Assembly (NCBI GenBank): GCA_021776735.1
Contig: JAJFFH010000042.1
Coordinates: forward strand, 8,767 to 72,766
DNA: 64,000 bases
Reading direction: 5' to 3'
Source of the DNA: Planctomycetota bacterium
GTDB taxonomy: Bacteria > Planctomycetota > PLA2
A program made the translations under genes and the position numbers. The stretch's first letter is position 1; each line of letters begins with the position of its first letter. Shown here piece after piece: positions 57,863 through 64,000 of the stretch. Below the pieces are notes generated by a model that worked only from the letters and a program-made list of their open reading frames with translations, ran no database searches and was not told where the DNA came from.

Positions 57863-59627
57863 CCCTCGGTCGAGTCGCGCGCAGGTACGTCGCCTTGGCG
57901 TCCGCGCGGAGAAGCGAGCGCCAACGCGCGGGCCACTTCTTGGGCTCGCGTCCCCGGTACATCTCGACCGGTTTCACCGTGAAGTCGTAGATTCTCGCGC
58001 GCGTGGGCAGCACGACTCGCATTTCATCGTCCGTGGTGGACGGGCGTGCCTTCCGCACTCGCATGATCTCGACGGAGACAAGGCTGTCGGAGAGCGAACT
58101 CGCGTTCCGAAGTTGGACGACGAGAACCGGGAAGAGATAGCCGCCCCAGTCGCCGTAAACGGCGAACCCGAGGGTTCGAAAACCCTCGTCGTTCGGCAAG
58201 CGGGGAGGACCGCCCTTCATTGCTGCCGGCGCGGCGGATCGTCCCCACACGATCGGCAACCCGCTCGCTGAGCAGTGGATCGACTTGTCGCTCTTGACAC
58301 CGAGTTGCCAGACCCCTTTCGTCACATAGGAGTCCGCGATTATCGTCGCGGCCCCGCCAAAGGGCAGAGGCGCTAGAAGGACTGGAGGGCGACTGGTTGT
58401 GCCTGCTTGACCTGCAGGCAGTATCTGCACCGAGTTGCGGTTCTCGGAAAACAGAATCGCGAACTCGGGGGTGGAGAGCAACTGCTGGCGTTGGATGGCG
58501 CGGCCGTCGGTGAGATTGGGCGCGAGACGGTCACCAAGAAGCTTCGGCGTCAGCAGCTTCGTGACATCGATTCGAGCCACCTCCAAGAATCGAACTCCAT
58601 GACTCAGCATCGTCACGTCCCGGATCCCCGCGTGACCCGGAAAGACGGGACCGACTGACTCGGCGCTCGTCTCAAAGGCCCCGGCCTTTGGTTTCTGGAT
58701 CAGGACCGCCTGGATTTCCTTCCAGAGTTCCTCCACGGTTGACTCGCGAGCAGACTGCAGTTTCGCGCCAGCCGCCTGGACGCGGACCAAGAGGCCGGCA
58801 AATCGATTGCCGTCCACGAGTTTCCAAGGCACCATCTGCCCGACCACACTCATCTCCACGAGGGAGTTCTTCAGCGACTTGACATCGTTCGGCCACCGCT
58901 CCGCGAATCTACCAAGTGCCTGTCGTGCCACCCCGCGGTCTCCGGGCGATGAGCGGAATTCAACGCGGCTTCGCGGCTGGAGCTTAGGTTGGCCCGAGAC
59001 CCGGCGCGCTGGCCGAAGGTTCTTCCGGGCATCAGCGAGCTTCACCCGGTGGTTCCTGCTGGCCGCTGCATAGGCCTTGAGGAAGGCGACCTCAGAGGAG
59101 CTTGAGTCGAAGACCCTCTGTGCGACCTCTACAACGGCATCGACTCGTCTAAAGTAGTTCAGCAGTGTGTGGCAGTGCGCGGCAGCGTCAACCCACCGCT
59201 GCTCGTTCTGTGCTTCGATCATCGCTCTCTGAACCGGCGATGCGAGGGCCTGCACAAACTGTTCAGGCCCCGGCCCGCCCGCGCTGTTCAGGAGCACGGT
59301 TCCGGTGGGGTCCATGAGCACCAACGTCGGGAAAGCGCTGACGTCAAATCTCTTGCGAAGTCGTACTTTGGCCGCCGCTCTTCCATCCTTGACCTTCAAG
59401 CACACGAGGCGATCCAGGAACTCCCGCACATCACGGCGCGGAAACGTACGCAATTCCATTGCGCGGCAGGCGCCTCACCAGTCTGCGTCGAAGTCGATGA
59501 ACAGTAGCTTTCCCTCTTTCACAGAGCGCTCGCGAGCACGTTCGAAATCGGTCTCCCACTTGATCTCCTCGGCATGGGACCAGGCGACGAAGAGGAGCAG
59601 GACGGTCAGGGTCTTGATAATGCGCAT
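57813..59627 (-). CDS. candidate selenoprotein: secreted thioredoxin-fold domain with WUGAC motif (in-frame TGA at 59475-59477) plus ~530-aa C-terminal domain
   Basis: From ATG 59627 (GGAGA 8 nt upstream): MRIIKTLTVLLLFVAWSHA EEIKWETDFERARERSVKEGKLLFIDFDADW-[TGA]-GACRAMELRTF..., continuous with the 548-aa ORF. The TGA replaces the first Cys of WCxxC. A 6-bp hairpin CGCAAT-GGA-ATTGCG starts 12 nt after the TGA. Confidence 0.6.
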
Positions 59628-59788
59628 GAGTGTCTCCGAGCAAGACTGCCGCACGACACGGCTGGCTGCTCACGTAGATAAGCCCGCGAACGGCATCGAG
59701 ACTGCACGAAAGACACCGCCGACCGTGTCGGGGTCTCTGATAGCGACAGAGTCGATCGGCTAGAAGGACGGGAGGAGGCTGAAAACTC

Positions 59789-60721
59789 GTGGATCTCGAA
59801 AAGTTCAAGGAGGAACTCGTGGATCAGGCTGTCGGCCGAGTCGCCTTGTTCCATTGCCAGCACAGTATCAAGTGCTGCCTCGCGATCCACCGCCTGCTTG
59901 ATCGTTTCCCCGACTGGGGAGTCGATGCGGGCACTCGGCTGGCGGACACTATGGGCGAGGAACCGCCCGTCGATGCGCTCGGCGATCGTCTCCCTCACGA
60001 CCTTGATTGGGGCGGAGATTGCAGAGGGATCCTGGAGAAGGGGCTCTTTGCCGCCGCCTACGTCGCGATGCGAAATTTGGTGAGGGACTCGTCGCTCGAC
60101 GCGGTCCTGTCCGAGTATGTCGATCGCGCGTGCAACGACCCGGAACACCTTGGCCACAACGTGTCGATTCTCTGCGCGTTTCTCGGCATGCTGCCGCTGC
60201 TCGAAGGGCGAGACGATCGCCTCGGGCTGTTCCTCGACCGCCTCACCGAGTTCGTCACGGCGGCGTTCCACAACATCCAGAATCGCCTTGTCTTCGACGC
60301 GCGCCCCATGCCCGATCACGAGCCGACCCAACAGGAGGTGCTGCGGGCAGCGTTCAAGCAGCCGGGCTACTTCGGGCACCAACTTCTCACGTCCGTGTGG
60401 TCGCGACGTTACCGGGGCCAGTTGGGCGCGGACGGGTACAGCAACGCGATCCGAGGGATCTGGGAGACGTCCCACTGGGAGATACCCGAGAAGAACCGTT
60501 TTTCGATCGAGCCCACGGAACGTCCCCTGGACGACGAGCGATTCGCCGAAGCCGTGAGGGGACTGGCCCTCCACGGCCCTAAGAACATCCACCGGGTCAC
60601 CCTTGCCGAGGCTCTCGTGGACCTGTGGGACCAGGCGGAGGACGACGCGACGCGCGCACGGGCGTTCTCGGCCGCGGAGCGCTTTAGTCAGTCGGCGCGT
60701 CCGGTCGCGACATCCGCGTAG
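59789..60721 (+). CDS. conserved hypothetical protein, paralog B (HSIKCCLAIHRLLDRFP family)
   Basis: ~70% identical to the 33374..34309 product. Confidence 0.7.
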   Translation: MDLEKFKEELVDQAVGRVALFHCQHSIKCCLAIHRLLDRFPDWGVDAGTRLADTMGEEPPVDALGDRLPHDLDWGGDCRGILEKGLFAAAYVAMRNLVRDSSLDAVLSEYVDRACNDPEHLGHNVSILCAFLGMLPLLEGRDDRLGLFLDRLTEFVTAAFHNIQNRLVFDARPMPDHEPTQQEVLRAAFKQPGYFGHQLLTSVWSRRYRGQLGADGYSNAIRGIWETSHWEIPEKNRFSIEPTERPLDDERFAEAVRGLALHGPKNIHRVTLAEALVDLWDQAEDDATRARAFSAAERFSQSARPVATSA

Positions 60722-60752
60722 TCTCTAGAAGACAATCGGACGCCGCTAGTCA

Positions 60753-61481
60753 TCACGAGGCTCCGACTCCGCCCGAAAGGCGGTACGCCGAGTAGTGAAT
60801 ATTTGCGCCAAGCGAGCGCCGCTCTCCGAACGCCGCGAGTTCACTTGTCAATGCCGGGAATGGATCCGCGGCGCCGTAGTTTTGCTCAAACGCTGCGTGG
60901 CGTCGGGCGTTCGACAGCAAGACGTGAGCGAGTTCTTCCACGGTGACTTCCAGCGTCACCCGCTCTTCACGGACAACGGTCTCGACGAAATTGTCGACAT
61001 CGGAGAAGTTCACGCGGTAGTCATATGTCGGTGCAGCGTCGGGCAGCAGGACGCCAAGCTGGCGCAAGACATCGCCCAACAGCACGTCGAAGTCATAGGG
61101 AATCACCAGCGCAGGCCGGCGACAGACCCTTTCCAACTCTGCGACCAGCGCGGCAGACTTCGTGTAATACAGCGACCCCGCGAATGTAACCACGTCCACG
61201 GAGTTCGCCGCGAGCAGGATTCTCTCTCCGGCGCCGCAGAGGTACGTCACGCGGTCGTGCGGGACTGCCTGATCGAGCATCGATTGGGCGGGTTCCAGAC
61301 CATGGACGTGCCGACAGTACTTGGCCAACGCGACCGAAGAACGCCCCGTGCCACAACCAATGTCCAATCCATCGCTAAACGACTCACGCTCTGACAGAAC
61401 GCGAGCCAGAATCAAACGATGGAGTGGCGGTCGATAAGACGAGTAGTGATTGGCGACGGACTCGTTGTACTGTTCGCTCAT
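60753..61481 (-). CDS. class I SAM-dependent methyltransferase
   Basis: LDIGCGTGR motif I; start at MSEQYNESVANHY. Confidence 0.75.
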   Translation of the reverse strand: MSEQYNESVANHYSSYRPPLHRLILARVLSERESFSDGLDIGCGTGRSSVALAKYCRHVHGLEPAQSMLDQAVPHDRVTYLCGAGERILLAANSVDVVTFAGSLYYTKSAALVAELERVCRRPALVIPYDFDVLLGDVLRQLGVLLPDAAPTYDYRVNFSDVDNFVETVVREERVTLEVTVEELAHVLLSNARRHAAFEQNYGAADPFPALTSELAAFGERRSLGANIHYSAYRLSGGVGAS

Positions 61482-61612
61482 GGTCGGAAGGTGCCCTCCA
61501 CGCGGCCGAGGATCGAAGCACAGACGTCGTAAGTGTAATCCCGGAAAGTGCGAAGCGCGTACCGAGACCCGACGAACCATGATGCGGCACGGCATTCACC
61601 GTGGAGAACGCG

Positions 61613-62008
61613 ATGGCACACGACGAGGCGCGAACCAGTTTCGAACGATGCGAGGCCGCGGGCGACTTCGCGGAGCGGTTCTACGAGATCTTCCTGAACT
61701 CGTCGCCCGAGATCGCGCCCCTCTTCGCGCAGACCGACTTCGAGAAGCAGCGCAAGCTCCTCGGGGCCACTGTCTACATCACGGTCACGCGCGACGTCGA
61801 CGACCCGAAGGCGCGGGAGGCGCTGGAAGAGGATTGGCCGGTCGCACGCGCGCTCGCAGCTCGACATCAAGCCGAGCTCTACGAACTGTGGCTCGACGGC
61901 GTCTGCGAAACGGCGAAGCGCATGGACCCCGTGTGGACGTCCGAGGTGGAGGCTGCGTGGAGGCACCAGCCCCGGCCCGGCATCGCGCTGATCACGTCGC
62001 TCTATTGA
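61613..62008 (+). CDS. bacterial globin-like protein
   Basis: FAERFYEIFLNSSPEIAPLF..KQRKLL pattern typical of the globin fold. Confidence 0.6.
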   Translation: MAHDEARTSFERCEAAGDFAERFYEIFLNSSPEIAPLFAQTDFEKQRKLLGATVYITVTRDVDDPKAREALEEDWPVARALAARHQAELYELWLDGVCETAKRMDPVWTSEVEAAWRHQPRPGIALITSLY

Positions 62009-62113
62009 AGCGGGCGTTATGCCCTCATCGCCGAAGGACTGAACCCGCGCGCAGCATGGACACGCGGCACTTCCTGACGAAGTGCGGCCGGCGCGATAGA
62101 ATCACCGGCCGAC

Positions 62114-62187
62114 GACCCCGTAGCTCAGCTGGATAGAGCGGCTGATTCCTAATCAGCAGGTCGCAGGTTCGAGTCCTGCCGGGGTCG
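62114..62187 (+). tRNA. tRNA-Arg (anticodon CCT)
   Basis: Acceptor GACCCCG/CGGGGTC, D-arm GCTC..GAGC, anticodon stem GCTGA/TCAGC with loop TTCCTAA, T-arm GCAGG TTCGAGT CCTGC, discriminator G. Confidence 0.85.
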
Positions 62188-62332
62188 CTTGATCACGAAC
62201 GTGGGGGGTAGGGGATGGCCGGAGCCAACAAGCGCAGCGAGTTGGCGCAGGACAGATCCGTAGGGGGGACGCTGTCCCCCCTGAAAAGCTGCGCCCCGCG
62301 AAGCGTCTGCGCAGCGAAGCGCAGCATGCGTG

Positions 62333-62362
62333 AGCAGGTTCGAGTCCTGCCGGGGTCGCCAC
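62333..62362 (+). repeat. duplicate of tRNA-Arg 3' end (T-arm, acceptor, discriminator, CCA), att-like
   Basis: GCAGGTTCGAGTCCTGCCGGGGTCGCCA identical to tRNA positions 49-73 and followed by CA. Confidence 0.75.
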
Positions 62363-62932
62363 GCAATACGACCGCGGCCAGCCGTTTCTCGCTGCAGAAA
62401 CATGGCCTCCCCCATTGGCAGCAATCCCGAACCCGCTCACCTGAGTACGACGCACTCGCGTCGACGAGGCCGTGCGTGCACTTCTTCCCGAGTTGGCCAA
62501 TGTCGACCAAGGAGCGCGAGCCCCAGGAAAACGCCAGTCATGGCATGGAGGTAAGTCTCGGCGTCTTCATATCGGCTCACTCGGATCCCGTGATGGCTGG
62601 CTTCGATCTCTCCTGTCTAAACACGGGAACCAACACGAAGTTGCGCGAGAGGCGCCCTTAAGATCAACTTCAGGACTGGGGCGCTGAGCCAGGAGGCAGG
62701 TTCGCCGGGCCATCGGCCCATCTGTTCCTGGAACCCATCGGTCCCGACTGCGGTGAGCTCCTCCCGGGTTCGGCACCGATGCGGAGCGCGTGCGCCCTCA
62801 CCAGGTACCGAGACGGGAGGTACCGAGGCGGGAATGGTCGTCGCATCTTGAAGCGCTGGGTCAGCTCAACCTGCGACGACCATTCCCGCCCCGTCCTGAA
62901 CAACTGGTGCGCGCGCTAGTAAGATCGCCGCC

Positions 62933-63601
62933 ATGAACACGAAGCAGGTGATGGCCCGACTCGACGAGTTGGGCGACGAGAAGCGGCGCGCCTTTAACGC
63001 CAAGCGCGGGGCGGGCGACAACCAGTTCGGCGTCAAGACCGGCGACATCCGCAAGCTGGCCAAGGAGATCAAGGTCGACCACGAACTCGGTCTTTCGCTC
63101 TGGGAGACCGGCAACGCGGACGCGCAGATGCTCGCCATCCTGCTCGTGCGCCCCAAGGACCTCGACGCGAAGCAACTCGCCACGATGGCCAAGGAAGGCA
63201 CCTGCGAGTGGGTCGCGGACTGGCTGAACTCCTATGTGATCAAGAAGCACCCGGACAAGGAGTCGTTGCGCGAGAAGTGGATGAAGTCGAAGGACGCGAT
63301 GACCAAGCGCGCGGGTTGGAGCATGACCTCGGAGCGGATCGCCAAGAACCCGGACGGGCTCGACCTCGATGCGCTGCTCGATCGCATCGAGAAGGAGATG
63401 CCCAAGGCCGCGCCCCAGGCCCAGTGGACGATGAACGTGTGCCTGGCCAACATCGGCATCCACCACGCGGAGCACCGCGACCGCGCCCTCGCGATCGGCG
63501 AGGCGTTGGGGATCTACCGGGACTATCCGGTGTCGAAGGGCTGCACCTCGCCGTTCGCGCCGATCTACATCAACGAGATAGTGAGCCGACGGAAGGCGTA
63601 G
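62933..63601 (+). CDS. DNA alkylation repair protein (AlkD/AlkC HEAT-like repeat family)
   Basis: Helical repeats; family-typical RAFNAKRGAGDNQFGVKTGDIRKLAKE. Confidence 0.7.
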   Translation: MNTKQVMARLDELGDEKRRAFNAKRGAGDNQFGVKTGDIRKLAKEIKVDHELGLSLWETGNADAQMLAILLVRPKDLDAKQLATMAKEGTCEWVADWLNSYVIKKHPDKESLREKWMKSKDAMTKRAGWSMTSERIAKNPDGLDLDALLDRIEKEMPKAAPQAQWTMNVCLANIGIHHAEHRDRALAIGEALGIYRDYPVSKGCTSPFAPIYINEIVSRRKA

Positions 63602-63797
63602 AGAGCGCAGCAGAGGTGCAAGCCGCAACTCACCGAACGACCTCCTCTCCCTTCGCAGAAGTACCGAACCGGGTGCAACGTCGTCACAAACCCGCCGACG
63701 GTGAGCCAACAAGCGCAGCGAGTTGACGTAGGACAGACCCGCAGGGGCATTACCCGTACGCCATCCTGGACGTCGATCTCGAGTGCTTGGCCGTGCC

Positions 63798-64000
63798 GTT
63801 CAGCGAACGGACCGCGGCGCGCTCGCTCCTTGCGGTGCCGCGCGGTAGTTCGATTCCACTCCCGAGCGGACGGGTCGTCCGCTTGTTTCTGCATTGGGCC
63901 CAGCCCGACCGCATTCGCGTCGATCTCGACCTCTCGGTGTCGTTCTACGATGCCGCCTGGGAGTTCCTCGGTGCATGCGACTACACCAACCTTCGATTCC
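63798..64000 (+). CDS. hypothetical protein, 5' partial call (continues past window end)
   Basis: Open frame with mixed composition (...SSIPLPSGRVVRLFLHWAQPDRIRVDLDLSVSFYDAAWEFLGACDYTNLRF); no in-frame ATG, possible GTG start at ~63798. Confidence 0.3.

Noticed and set aside
62114-62187. Possible amber-suppressor tRNA (CTA in the anticodon loop)
   Set aside because: Correct register with a 5-bp anticodon stem puts CCT at positions 34-36 (Arg) with U33 and A37.

Overview
High-GC (~70%) bacterial chromosomal segment, most likely from a Myxococcota-like deltaproteobacterium. It is densely coded, with many long arginine-rich antisense ORF artefacts in the six-frame track. Key contents: (1) three paralogous ~1000-aa one-component proteins in which an N-terminal ECF sigma-70 domain is fused to a single TM helix and a long periplasmic carboxypeptidase-regulatory-like beta-sandwich repeat array, plus one sigma4-TM fragment. 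(2) Two secreted thioredoxin-fold proteins whose catalytic CxxC motif is interrupted by an in-frame TGA exactly at the first Cys position (UPHC and WUGAC); these are candidate selenoproteins. One heads a five-gene operon that includes ECF-fusion #3, in a lower-GC block. (3) A short dispersed DNA motif ACGGACGGCGAT (18 copies, confined to the first 36 kb, mostly upstream of start codons). (4) tRNA-Arg(CCT) with a 5'-half copy 12 kb upstream and a 3'-end+CCA copy 150 bp downstream. These bracket a lower-GC (~58-60%) block with no integrase. (5) A low-GC islet holding two paralogous small proteins with an identical 11-aa C-terminal tail, next to a degraded gene remnant. (6) A TIGR02999-type ECF sigma translationally coupled to a Ser/Thr kinase-AAA-TPR protein. 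(7) Housekeeping and accessory genes: DEAD-box helicase, class III nucleotidyl cyclase, TlpA-like thioredoxin, MFS transporter, GNATs, SAM methyltransferases, APH kinase, DinB-like proteins, MOSC, SWIM plus DUF6493-like pair, TetR plus MDR dehydrogenase, cysteine-synthase-like enzyme, globin, AlkD-like. Several gene remnants are present (vWA C-terminus, MOSC N-terminus, MFS 5' end). Coordinates of internal starts derived by hand may be off by 1-3 nt.
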